A stretch of 32,000 bases of DNA from Nostoc sp. PCC 7120 = FACHB-418 (lineage in GTDB: Bacteria > Cyanobacteriota > Cyanobacteriia > Cyanobacteriales > Nostocaceae), in assembly GCF_000009705.1 (NCBI RefSeq), contig NC_003272.1:2550001-2582000 (forward strand). Direction: 5' to 3'. Shown one piece after another: positions 14,482 to 23,350 of the stretch. Position 1 is the first letter of the stretch. Each line of letters starts with the position of its first letter. The notes below the pieces were generated by a model, which was given only the letters and a program-made list of their open reading frames with translations, did no database searches and was not told the DNA's origin. A program made the translations under genes and the position numbers.

Positions 14482-17358
14482 TTGGTCTTGCGATTGCTAT
14501 TTGGGACATTCTGGGCAGAATCCATGCAGCCAATCTCCTCTCTGGCGCTTTTGAGCCTACCGCTCGATGCTTCAAACTCCCAAAAAGTAGCTTGGCTCAA
14601 TTGTGTTAACATTAACCAAGAAAAGATGCAGAAATGGGCAGAAAATGCTCCCATGAATGATCTACATAAATTTCATCTAGTCGAGGCAGAAAAAGCACGA
14701 GTCTTAGGGCAATTTTTTGAGGCTGAAGAGTTTTACGAGCGAGCGATCGCAGGTGCTGCTGAAAATGAGTTTATCCAGGAAGAAGCATTAGCCTATGAAT
14801 TAGCGGCTAAACATTATTTGGCGCGAGGTCGGTCAAAAATTGCCCAAACCTACATGAAAGAGGCGCACTATTGCTACGATCGCTGGGGCGCAACCGCTAA
14901 AGTTAAAGATTTAGAAAAACGCTATCCACAACTCCTCAACACCAACCTAGTTCGGCAATCACATTCAATCGTGACCGATGAAACGATCCGTCATCCGACT
15001 GCGGCGATAGATTTGGCTGCGGCGATGAAAGCGGCTCAAGCCATCTCAGAAATGATCCATCTCGATCAATTAACTGCAACGTTGATGCAGGTGGTGATAG
15101 AAAATGCAGGAGCCGAAACTGGCGCTCTGGTTCTCCTGGAAGATGATCGGCTCACTGTTGTGGCTCAGTGCAGTGGGAGTAGACAGTGTAACCTGGAAAA
15201 GATCGCTGTTGCTGGCTGTGCAACAATTCCTGTTTCCGTCATTCACTCGGTAGAACGCACTCAAGAAACTCTGGTGTTTGATGATGCAGTCAGCAAATTG
15301 TCTTTTTCAACTGATCCTTATATTCAACATCAACAAACGCGATCGCTCCTGTGTATGCCCATTCTCAAGCAAAATCAGCTGATTGGCATACTTTACCTGG
15401 AGAACAATCTTAGTACCGGAGTGTTTACTAGCGATCGCGTGCAAGTCCTTAAACTGTTGATTGCTCAGGCAGCAATTTCACTGGAGAATACTCGGTTATA
15501 TGAACGGTTATCGGATTATTCCGAAACACTGGAAAGGAAGGTAGAAGAGCAAACTCAAGCCTTGCAGCAGGAGATCGCGGAACGCCGACAAACTGAAGCC
15601 GCATTGAGACAAAGTGAAGCAAATTATCGCAACCTGCTACAAACCGCAAATTCCGTTATCATTCGCTATGATCCGCAAGGACGGATTCACTACATTAACG
15701 ATTATGGGGTAAAGCTTCTTGGCTATGAAGAACATCAGATTTTAGGGCGAACCTTATTTGAAACAATCATTCCAGACATCGAAATCTCTGGACGCGATGT
15801 CAAACCCTTTGTCCATGATTTACTTCGTAATCCTCAATCGTACCCGCAAGGCGAGGGTGAAAACCTGTGTCGAGACGGTCGGCGAGTTTGGGTTGCTTGG
15901 TCAAATCAAGCTATCTTCAATGAACAGGGAGATGTCGTTGAAATCTTATCGGTTGGCAATGACACCACCCAGCGTAGACAAGCAGAAGAGGCATTACAAC
16001 GCAGTGAAGCCAAGTTCCGAGCTATCTTTGAAAACTCGCAGGTTGGCATCTACCGAACCCGCACCTGTGATGGATTAATTCTCAATGCCAATCAACGCTT
16101 TGCCGATCTGTTTGGCTTTGATTCACCCCAAGAAATTATTGGGATTGAACACACTATAGGCTATTGGGTCAATCCCAGCGATCGCCAACAAGGCATTGAG
16201 GTGATGAAGCGGGATGGGGAAGTGCGAAGCTATGAAGCACAGATGCGAAAACGAGATGGGACAGTGTTTTGGGGACTTTTCTCTTCTTATCTGAATGCAG
16301 GCGATGACTACATCGAAGGGGTGATTGCAGATATTAGCGATGTCTACGACGAGCTCCGCTTACGCAAACAGGCAGAAGTAGCATTGCAAGCCTCTGAAGC
16401 AGAGCTACGGTCGCTCTTTTCAGCCATTCCCGATCCGCTATGTGTTGTTACTGCCCAAGGGCGAGTGATCGAAACAGTCGCAGGGAATCCGAGGCAGTTG
16501 TATAGTTCAGTTGAGGAGAAGGTTGGTAAAACACTGCATCAGATTTTTGAAGAAGAACAAGCCGATAAATTTATGGGTTATATTCAGCAGGTGCTGAGAA
16601 CCCAACAAGTACTTACCGTTGAATACAGCCTACAGATAGATGGGCGAGAAACTTGGTTTTCGGCGCGTATTGCACCGATTCGGCACGAACAGGTGATTTG
16701 GATAGCGCGAGATATTACGCTGCAAAAGCGAGCAGAAGCAGCCTCAATTCTGGAAGAGCGTAACCGTATGGCACGCGAAATTCACGACACACTCGCTCAG
16801 GCGTTTACAGGCATTCTGGCTCAGGTGGGAGCGGCAAAACAGGTGCTAACGGATGATTTAGAAGCAACTGAGTCACACCTAGACCTGATCAAAGAATTGG
16901 CGCGAACTGGACTGGTTGAAGCGCGGAGATCGGTAGTAGCACTCCGTCCTCAGCTTTTGGAGGAAGGCAGTCTACAGAGCGCTCTACATCGTCTCGTCGC
17001 TCAACTTAGAACTGCCGCAATAGATACGACTTTATATTATGAGATTGAGGGTGCAGTATATTCTCTGCCGACTGAAATCGAGAGTAACCTACTGCGGATG
17101 GGGCAGGAAGCCTTAACCAATGCGATTAGACACGCCAATGCTGACGAAATCCGAGTAGAACTAGTCTACGATCGCGATCGATTCTGCTTGCGCGTGAGAG
17201 ACAATGGACAGGGCTTTGGAGTTGGCAGTATTCCAGCCTCTGAGGGTTTTGGCTTATTAGGCATGAGCGAACGGGCAGAGCGCATCGGCGCACAACTCAC
17301 GATTAGGAGTCAACCTGGACAAGGAACAGAGATTGTTGTTACCGTCAATTGGGAGTAG
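14482..17358 (+). CDS. Multi-sensor histidine kinase (TPR-like remnant, GAF, three PAS, HisKA_3, HATPase_c); apparently 5'-truncated
   Basis: 958-aa ORF. The H-box is EERNRMAREIHDTLAQ, the N-box is EALTNAIRHANA, and the G-boxes are DNGQGF and GFGLLGMSERA. The N-terminal 150 aa (NQEKMQKWAENAPMN..HKFHLVEAEKARVLG...WGATAKVKDLEKRYPQLL) match the segment that normally follows Ser/Thr-kinase and AAA domains in ~1800-aa cyanobacterial kinases. Here the frame is closed by TAG at 14446 and starts at TTG. Confidence 0.85.
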   Translation: MVLRLLFGTFWAESMQPISSLALLSLPLDASNSQKVAWLNCVNINQEKMQKWAENAPMNDLHKFHLVEAEKARVLGQFFEAEEFYERAIAGAAENEFIQEEALAYELAAKHYLARGRSKIAQTYMKEAHYCYDRWGATAKVKDLEKRYPQLLNTNLVRQSHSIVTDETIRHPTAAIDLAAAMKAAQAISEMIHLDQLTATLMQVVIENAGAETGALVLLEDDRLTVVAQCSGSRQCNLEKIAVAGCATIPVSVIHSVERTQETLVFDDAVSKLSFSTDPYIQHQQTRSLLCMPILKQNQLIGILYLENNLSTGVFTSDRVQVLKLLIAQAAISLENTRLYERLSDYSETLERKVEEQTQALQQEIAERRQTEAALRQSEANYRNLLQTANSVIIRYDPQGRIHYINDYGVKLLGYEEHQILGRTLFETIIPDIEISGRDVKPFVHDLLRNPQSYPQGEGENLCRDGRRVWVAWSNQAIFNEQGDVVEILSVGNDTTQRRQAEEALQRSEAKFRAIFENSQVGIYRTRTCDGLILNANQRFADLFGFDSPQEIIGIEHTIGYWVNPSDRQQGIEVMKRDGEVRSYEAQMRKRDGTVFWGLFSSYLNAGDDYIEGVIADISDVYDELRLRKQAEVALQASEAELRSLFSAIPDPLCVVTAQGRVIETVAGNPRQLYSSVEEKVGKTLHQIFEEEQADKFMGYIQQVLRTQQVLTVEYSLQIDGRETWFSARIAPIRHEQVIWIARDITLQKRAEAASILEERNRMAREIHDTLAQAFTGILAQVGAAKQVLTDDLEATESHLDLIKELARTGLVEARRSVVALRPQLLEEGSLQSALHRLVAQLRTAAIDTTLYYEIEGAVYSLPTEIESNLLRMGQEALTNAIRHANADEIRVELVYDRDRFCLRVRDNGQGFGVGSIPASEGFGLLGMSERAERIGAQLTIRSQPGQGTEIVVTVNWE

Positions 17359-17365
17359 CATCACG

Positions 17366-17995
17366 ATGAGCCAAGCCATAACCATTCGGGTTCTGATTGC
17401 AGACGATCATGCTATTTTTCGGCAAGGATTAGCCACGATTATTAACCGTGACCCAGAGATGCAGGTGGTTGCCCAGGCTGAAAATGGGGAACAAGTGATC
17501 GCTCTCTTTGAGGAACATCAACCAGATGTCACGCTGATGGATCTGCGAATGCCGGAAGTGGAAGGCGTTGCCGCCATCAGTGCAATTTGTGCTACTGCTA
17601 AATCTGCTCGGATTATTGTACTGACCACGTATGATAGTGACGAAGATATTTATCGGGGATTGCAGGCAGGCGCAAAAGGATATCTGTTGAAAGAAACTGA
17701 ACCTGACGAGCTTCTGAATGCTATTCGTACCGTTCATCGGGGTCATAAGTATATTCCGCCTGATGTAGGAGCAAAGTTGGTACAGCGCCTCAGCAATCCA
17801 GAACTGAGTGAAAGAGAACTAGAAGTACTCCGCTCACTGGCGCAGGGAATGAGCAATGCCGATATTGCAGATGCTTTGAGTATTGGTGAAGGCACTGTCA
17901 AATCTCATGTCAATCGGATTTTGAATAAATTGGATGTTAGCGATCGCACCCAAGCTGTAATTGTTGCCGTTAAACGCGGCATTGTTAATTTATAG
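17366..17995 (+). CDS. NarL/FixJ-family response regulator (REC + LuxR-type HTH)
   Basis: Starts MSQAITIRVLIADDH, with the phospho-acceptor context DVTLMDLRMP and the HTH LSERELEVLRSLAQGMSNADIADALSIGEGTVKSHVNRIL. ATG 17366 lies 8 nt after the kinase stop. The track's TTG at 17333 is less likely. Confidence 0.9.
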   Translation: MSQAITIRVLIADDHAIFRQGLATIINRDPEMQVVAQAENGEQVIALFEEHQPDVTLMDLRMPEVEGVAAISAICATAKSARIIVLTTYDSDEDIYRGLQAGAKGYLLKETEPDELLNAIRTVHRGHKYIPPDVGAKLVQRLSNPELSERELEVLRSLAQGMSNADIADALSIGEGTVKSHVNRILNKLDVSDRTQAVIVAVKRGIVNL

Positions 17996-18165
17996 GATGT
18001 ACTTTCGATAGAATTGGGATTCTAACTTGAGTTATAACTAGCCTTCTACTCCACGATGGCATGGTTGCTCTATCAATTTATACTGTAAAAATTTTAACTT
18101 GCTATAGAAGACAGCTTGAAGGCGATCGCCTATATTGAATCTATGCAAATAGAAGTGCATCCAAT
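17945..18165. repeat. ~220-bp direct repeat, copy 1 (last ~50 bp of the regulator gene plus downstream DNA)
   Basis: It aligns with 18835-19055 at a constant 890-bp offset, with roughly ten mismatches by eye. Confidence 0.9.
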
Positions 18166-18260
18166 CAGGCAAATCATGCTCCTTGAGAGCGGTAAGAGGC
18201 TGTCTCTAAAGAAATGTAAAGGGGACGGAAGCGGGCGATCGCAAACGCTCAAATCCTTAG

Positions 18261-18313
18261 TTTAAGCGAATTACTGGAATGACACCAAAGCGGGTTCGTT
18301 AATTCCACAAGAA
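18261..18313 (+). promoter_or_regulatory. Conserved ~50-nt upstream motif, copy 1
   Basis: TTTAAGCGAATTACTGGAATGACACCAAAGCGGGTTCGTTAATTCCACAAG resembles 19746-19796. It contains TGGAAT...ATTCCA arms. Confidence 0.35.
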
Positions 18314-18399
18314 TCTGACAAATCATTGTAAGAATTTGAAAGAAGTCGAGCCTTGGAACTCAATACACTTTAAATAAATAGAACTAGGAGAATCCAATC

Positions 18400-18702
18400 A
18401 TGGTCAAACAGCAATCTGTAGACGAACAAGCAAATGGAAAGGCAACTAGCAACCTGACACCAGCCCAGAAGTTTTTGCAAGAACTCTGGGATGAGCATCT
18501 GCGGCTTGAGTTTGACGCTCACAACACTGAAGATACCCTCGCCACGATGGTTGAGGATGCTTACGTTAACGGCATTCCGGTAATGATTGGGGGAGTAGGG
18601 AAACCGGCACTGCCCGTTGTAGGAGTTGACAGTGCGCGCAAGGTGCTTGATCCGAGCTTGCCCTCAAACGCACTGATCGATCGTGCCAGCGATCGCAACT
18701 AA
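18400..18702 (+). pseudogene. Probable fragment of an NTF2/SnoaL-like protein (tentative)
   Basis: 100-aa ORF. The segment ELWDEHLRLEFDAHNTEDTLATMVEDAYVNGIPVMIGGVGKPAL resembles the N-terminus of SnoaL-like proteins, but the rest of the fold is missing. The ORF lies inside the segment bracketed by the 220-bp repeats. Confidence 0.35.
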
Positions 18703-18834
18703 GTGCAGGAGCCAGCAAATATCAATGCCAAAACCCGCCATTTTGCAACCAGGATCGTACTCATCCTAGTTGTAGGAAGCGCTTCTTATCGCTAGTTAGA
18801 TGTTAGCGATGCCTACGGCAACGTCAAGGACGAA

Positions 18835-19055
18835 CGCACCCAAGCTGTAATTGTTGCCGTTAAACGCGGCATTGTTAATTTATAGGATGTACTTTCGATA
18901 GAATTGGGATTCTAACTTGAGTTAGAACCAGCCTTCTACTCCACGATGGCATGGTTGCTCTATCAATTTATACTGTAAAAATTTTAACTCGCTATAGAAG
19001 ACAGCTTGAAGGCAATTTCCTATATTGAATGTATGCAAATAGAGATGCAGTCAAT
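18835..19055. repeat. ~220-bp direct repeat, copy 2
   Basis: See 17945-18165. It is preceded at 18799-18810 by gatgttagcgat (matching 17933-17944). A 24-nt insert, gcctacggcaacgtcaaggacgaa, follows that. Confidence 0.9.
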
Positions 19056-19106
19056 GGATTGAGCAAGTCAATTGCAAAGTTCCATACTTACTGCAAACGT
19101 AAAAAA

Positions 19107-19664
19107 ATGAACGATGATCGCAGCTACAGTTCCTTACTTGTACCCCCTTCAACTCAAGATTGGATGCAAGGTGTGCTGAGTGCCAAGGTCGTGCTGGTGA
19201 TGTATGGAGACTATCAATGCTCTAGAAGTGCGGACGTTTACAGGATGATTCAAGGAATCAAACAAGAGCTGAGTGCTTCTTTTGGAGAAGATTATTTATG
19301 CTTTATCTTCCGTCATTTTCCGCAAACACAGATTCATCCTCATGCTCAACGAGCCGCCGAAGTCGCTGAAGCCGCCGCTGCCCAAGGACAGTTTTGGCCA
19401 ATGCACGATACTTTATTTGTTTATCAACAGAAGTTAGAGAACGGTTATCTTGTAGAGTACGCCAATGATTTGGGGCTTGATATTCCTCAGTTTCTCAAAA
19501 ACTTGTCTAAACAAGTATATGTCGATCGCATCCACGAAGATATCGAAAGTGGAATACACAGTGGAGTAACAACTGCCCCAGTCCTATTTATCAATACCAT
19601 TCGATATACCGCACGCTGGAAAATGACAGAGTTGATGACAGCCATTGTTGCAGCAAGTCACTAA
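19107..19664 (+). CDS. DsbA-family thioredoxin-fold protein with a CxxS active-site motif
   Basis: VLVMYGDYQCSRSADVY...FIFRHFP...AAAAQGQFWPMHDTLF...TAPVLFIN is the DsbA-like pattern. ATG 19107 (MNDDRSY) is preferred because the track start at 19029 lies inside repeat copy 2. Confidence 0.75.
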   Translation: MNDDRSYSSLLVPPSTQDWMQGVLSAKVVLVMYGDYQCSRSADVYRMIQGIKQELSASFGEDYLCFIFRHFPQTQIHPHAQRAAEVAEAAAAQGQFWPMHDTLFVYQQKLENGYLVEYANDLGLDIPQFLKNLSKQVYVDRIHEDIESGIHSGVTTAPVLFINTIRYTARWKMTELMTAIVAASH

Positions 19665-19745
19665 GCTCTATTTATATCTGACTTGTTTGTGAGTGCTAGT
19701 CGGCGATCGCGCATTTGCTCGCTAGTTTTTGCCTGTTTTGTTGAA

Positions 19746-19796
19746 TTTAAACGCCTCACTGGAATGACCGCAAAACAGGTTGGCTAACTTCCAAGT
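19746..19796 (+). promoter_or_regulatory. Conserved ~50-nt upstream motif, copy 2
   Basis: TTTAAACGCCTCACTGGAATGACCGCAAAACAGGTTGGCTAACTTCCAAG lies 33 nt upstream of the CPBP gene start. Confidence 0.35.
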
Positions 19797-19828
19797 ACTA
19801 CATATATGTACGAGTACAGGAGACAAAG

Positions 19829-20812
19829 ATGAAAATTAAAGCAATCAAAAGACATCAGGGAATCGGAACAGAAGTGAAAGACGCGACTTACGTCGAGGCT
19901 GCTGGGTGGGGTAAGTATCGGTGGTGGCGGTATGTTCTGGGGCTGATAATCATCCTCTTTGCCTGGATGGTCGTTGCCAACTTCGCCAGTGCGCTCGTCG
20001 CGCTTGCGCTCGGCGGCAAAGAGGGTGTCGCGGCTTTCGGTCGGCTAGATTATGCCGCATTCGGTCGGGTAGGGGGCTTTGTCGTGAGCATGGCAGGTTT
20101 TCCGGTGTTCCTCGCAGGAATCCTCATCGCCGTCACCCTCATCCACCAGCGTCATCCCCGAACGCTCATCACGGCGCGGGAGCAGATCAGTTGGACTCGC
20201 GTCGGTCACGGCTTTGTAGCTGGGTTTGTGCCGTGGGTGCTGCTAGCCGGACTAGGGCAGTACCTCCTCTACCCCGATAGCTTCTCCTTCAACTCCGACC
20301 TCAAGACGTTCGCGCTCTTCGTGCCGATCGCGCTGGTCATCACTGCGATCCAGACGACCACTGAGGAGCTTTTCTTTCGCGGGTACATCGTGCAGGGCGC
20401 AAGCCTGATCTGGTCGAATCGGGTGTTTCTGGCGATCGTCTCGGCTGTGATCTTCACGCTGCCGCACGCCACTAATCCAGAGTCACAGGAGGGCGGCTGG
20501 ATCGGGATGTTCCTCGGACTCTTCGTCGGCACGGGTCTGCTGTTTGCGATCGTTTCATTGATCGACGGCACTACCGAGCTTGCGATCGGCGCACATTTCG
20601 CTAACAACATCGCGTACTTTCTTTTGTTCAACTGGTCTGGAAGCTTCTTCACTACGCCAGCCCTGTTCAGCGTTAGTGAGTACCATGCAAGATTCTACGA
20701 CATCACCTCTCTCGTGCTGATTCCCATTTTCCTGGTGATTGTTTTCCGGGTGTTCAAACGCGATGAGGCATCCGAACCCGTTTCCCAAAATCATCTGAAG
20801 GGTCGTCGGTAA
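19829..20812 (+). CDS. CPBP-family intramembrane glutamic endopeptidase (CAAX protease/Abi type)
   Basis: 327-aa polytopic ORF with AGGAG upstream. Motifs are EELFFRGY (EExxxR), FTLPHA, and HFANN. The coding sequence is strongly GC-rich. Confidence 0.85.
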   Translation: MKIKAIKRHQGIGTEVKDATYVEAAGWGKYRWWRYVLGLIIILFAWMVVANFASALVALALGGKEGVAAFGRLDYAAFGRVGGFVVSMAGFPVFLAGILIAVTLIHQRHPRTLITAREQISWTRVGHGFVAGFVPWVLLAGLGQYLLYPDSFSFNSDLKTFALFVPIALVITAIQTTTEELFFRGYIVQGASLIWSNRVFLAIVSAVIFTLPHATNPESQEGGWIGMFLGLFVGTGLLFAIVSLIDGTTELAIGAHFANNIAYFLLFNWSGSFFTTPALFSVSEYHARFYDITSLVLIPIFLVIVFRVFKRDEASEPVSQNHLKGRR

Positions 20813-20848
20813 TCTCGTTAATTTAATTACTTACAAGGAACAATCGCC

Positions 20849-21583
20849 ATGTCAACTGATGAGAACAAAGTTATTGCGATTACTGGAGCTAGTAGCGGTA
20901 TTGGTGAAGCAACTGCTAGATTGCTGGCTCGCCAGGGTTTACGGGTTATGTTAGGGGCGCGGCGTACCGATCGATTGGAAGCGATCGCTGCCGAAATTCG
21001 CTCTAAAGGTGGCGAAGCAGAATACCGCACCCTTGATGTCACCAACCTCGAAGATATGCAAGCCTTTGTCGAGTTTGCCCAAGATAAATTTGGTCGCCTT
21101 GATGTTGTGGTGAACAATGCGGGCTTGATGCCGCTTTCCAGGCTAGAGGTGCTGAAGATCGATGAATGGAACCGCATGATTGATGTGAACATTCGCGGTG
21201 TGCTTCATGGGATTGCTGCTGCACTACCCCTCTTTAAGCAGCAACGATCAGGGCAGTTTGTCAATCTATCCTCGATTGGCGGGCATAACGTCTATCCAAC
21301 CGCAGCCGTGTACTGCGCCACTAAGTTTGCAGTTTGGGCGATTTCCGAGGGACTGCGGCAAGAATCGACGGACATCCGGGTTACGGTGATTTCGCCTGGA
21401 GTGACGGAAACTGAACTTGCCAGCACGATCACGGATGCTGAAGCAGCAGAATGGGTGGAGGGATTTCGTGAGGCAGTGATTCCGGCAGATGCGATCGCGC
21501 GTGCGATTGCCTTTGCGATCGAGCAACCCGTAGAGGTAGATGTGAATGAAATCATTGTTCGACCGATTGGACAAATGAGCTAA
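20849..21583 (+). CDS. Short-chain dehydrogenase/reductase (classical SDR)
   Basis: Contains TGASSGIGEA (TGxxxGxG), NNAG, and the catalytic YCATK (YxxxK). 244 aa. Confidence 0.9.
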   Translation: MSTDENKVIAITGASSGIGEATARLLARQGLRVMLGARRTDRLEAIAAEIRSKGGEAEYRTLDVTNLEDMQAFVEFAQDKFGRLDVVVNNAGLMPLSRLEVLKIDEWNRMIDVNIRGVLHGIAAALPLFKQQRSGQFVNLSSIGGHNVYPTAAVYCATKFAVWAISEGLRQESTDIRVTVISPGVTETELASTITDAEAAEWVEGFREAVIPADAIARAIAFAIEQPVEVDVNEIIVRPIGQMS

Positions 21584-21744
21584 ATTTCGGAAGTCGAGGG
21601 AACACCTGGAGAACGTTATGCACCTCGACATATGAGCAGTGTGAATCAGTAAACGCATTCACGTCGTTTTCAACCTGCCCGCAATCCCAGCAATCATAGC
21701 TGCTGGCATGAGCTAATAGGACAGAGCATCTGGAGATTAAACCA

Positions 21745-22536
21745 ATGGCAATTCTGAAACAATTTGGAATTTTATTTGTATTGGGCAGTGTGGGAATTGT
21801 GATGTTTACGATCACGTCTATTCCTTTAATCGAGCAACAGTTAGCGAAACTGTCTCCAGAAACACTGGGAAAAGTGCCTCCATTATGGATTTTAATGCCT
21901 CTGCAAGGACTACAGTATTCAATTCTACTGGCAATCAGCATTCTGATCGGAATTGGCTGTGCCTATCGCGTTGGATTACGCTCACATTTGATTGACTACT
22001 GGGTACTTCATACCCCTAAAATTCCATATTCTGTCATTGAGATGAAATGGAGCTTGGGTGTGGGTGCAGCGACAACAATCACTGTCCTGTTGCTTGATCG
22101 GTTCATGAAACCTGCTCTACCTGAAGCGCTACAGGCATCCAGTCATACAGAACCGAATTGGCTGAGTTCACTTACAGCAATGCTTTATGGCGGCATCACT
22201 GAGGAAATTTTGATGCGATGGGGCTTAATGTCGCTGCTTGTTTGGATCGCGTGGAAATGGCTAAAACAAGGCGTTACGTTGCCAAGTCAAGGGATTTACC
22301 AGGGTGCGATCTTTCTAGCCGCTTTGGTATTTGGACTACTACACCTGCCAGCGACTACTGCAATCGTTCCCCTCACTCCAGTTGTGATTATTCGGGCGTT
22401 GTTACTGAATGGAATTGCGGGGACTGCGTTTGGCTGGCTCTTTTGGCAATATTCGCTAGAAGCTGCAATGTTAGCCCATATCAGCTTTCATGCTTTTGCT
22501 TTTGTTCTTAGCGGTTTACTGGCAAGGTTGGCTTAA
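21745..22536 (+). CDS. Second CPBP-family intramembrane protease
   Basis: 263-aa membrane ORF with the motifs TEEILMRWG (EExxxR), FGLLHLP, and HISFHAF. Confidence 0.8.
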   Translation: MAILKQFGILFVLGSVGIVMFTITSIPLIEQQLAKLSPETLGKVPPLWILMPLQGLQYSILLAISILIGIGCAYRVGLRSHLIDYWVLHTPKIPYSVIEMKWSLGVGAATTITVLLLDRFMKPALPEALQASSHTEPNWLSSLTAMLYGGITEEILMRWGLMSLLVWIAWKWLKQGVTLPSQGIYQGAIFLAALVFGLLHLPATTAIVPLTPVVIIRALLLNGIAGTAFGWLFWQYSLEAAMLAHISFHAFAFVLSGLLARLA

Positions 22537-22664
22537 GTTTTGGAATAGATATCGTAGGGCTGGCACTGCCCACAAAGCTTTACCGTGAAAGGTTTTAAAA
22601 ATGGTGGGCGATGCCCACTACTTGAATTGATGCTCAAATTTACAGTTTTCAGGTGGTAAATCAA

Positions 22665-22952
22665 ATGATTCAGTGCAAAGATTTTGCGCCTCGGATTACT
22701 GAGCGGGGGCCCTTCGGCGGAGCTTCCGATTACGAATCCTTCTCTGATGTTGTTAGTACTGTAAATCAGTGGATCGAAAGTACAACGATACAGGTAATCA
22801 ATGTTGAAACCGTTGTTTTACCCGATCGGATTGAAGGCACAAGTGATGATGTCTACGGAGTGACGACTAGTAATGCTTTCCACCCAGTGATGATCAGTCA
22901 GGGTCTTGCAATCAATTGCTTTCAATGTGTGCGTGTCTGGTACAGAGAATAA
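22665..22952 (+). CDS. Hypothetical small soluble protein (95 aa from ATG; the track uses GTG 22653)
   Basis: Support is the ORF only. No family recognised. Confidence 0.45.
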   Translation: MIQCKDFAPRITERGPFGGASDYESFSDVVSTVNQWIESTTIQVINVETVVLPDRIEGTSDDVYGVTTSNAFHPVMISQGLAINCFQCVRVWYRE

Positions 22953-22972
22953 GCTTTACCGGAGAAGAAATA

Positions 22973-23350
22973 ATGAAACGATTTACCTTGTTTACTTTTC
23001 TGTACCTCGCGCTGGGAGTCTGTCTGAGTGCGATCGCACTTGGATACCCAAACCTGCCTTCGGGTCTTCAAAGAAGCTTGTTCATCAGTGCAGGAACCTC
23101 CTACATTTTTTGTCTTCTCAGCACCTTCCCATTTTGGCGCGAGAGGACGATCCGCTTCTATCGCAGACGGAATTCAGCGGTAATTCTACCCTGGTTGGTG
23201 ATGGGATTCTATATTGTTTGGATGATCTGGGAGGTTCAGAGTCAGAACTGGACGATGGAAGCCATTTTAGGAGCGTTGTCGCGGCTAATATTTGTCTTAG
23301 GGTTTGCAGAAATCATTGTGATTACATGGCAAGTGAATTCTGAACATTAA
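22973..23350 (+). CDS. Hypothetical membrane protein (125 aa, about four hydrophobic segments)
   Basis: ATG 22973 (MKRFTLFTFLYLALGVCLSAIAL...) was chosen over the alternative frame 22906..23343 because of its coherent transmembrane pattern. Its stop codon abuts the point where transposase homology ends. Confidence 0.45.
   Translation: MKRFTLFTFLYLALGVCLSAIALGYPNLPSGLQRSLFISAGTSYIFCLLSTFPFWRERTIRFYRRRNSAVILPWLVMGFYIVWMIWEVQSQNWTMEAILGALSRLIFVLGFAEIIVITWQVNSEH

Noticed and set aside
14112-14654. ORFs 14112..14300 (-), 14234..14416 (+) and 14469..14654 (-).
   Set aside because: The first two are read-throughs of the MITE-like GC hairpins (PLPSQGRGWG / PFPAREGEQ-type translations). The third is antisense to the start of the kinase.
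19921-22511. Overlapping ORFs: 19921..20280, 20252..20467, 20269..20652, 20555..20794, 20827..21192, 21039..21224, 21198..21389, 21266..21658, 21292..21555, 21552..21941 and 22218..22511.
   Set aside because: All are alternative-frame or antisense to the CPBP, SDR and CPBP genes, which carry diagnostic motifs. GC-rich sequence suppresses stop codons in the wrong frames.
22537-22652. Small palindromes gggctggcactgccc and ggtgggcgatgcccac, considered as possible regulatory sites or a terminator.
   Set aside because: They look like the common cyanobacterial GTGGGC...GCCCAC dispersed palindromes. They have no U-tract, and there is no evidence of locus-specific function.
22906-23343. ORF 22906..23343 as the coding frame of this stretch.
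   Set aside because: The overlapping frame from ATG 22973 gives a coherent multi-helix membrane protein, while this frame gives a Ser/Arg-rich product without structure. Only one of the two can be real, and confidence is modest for either.
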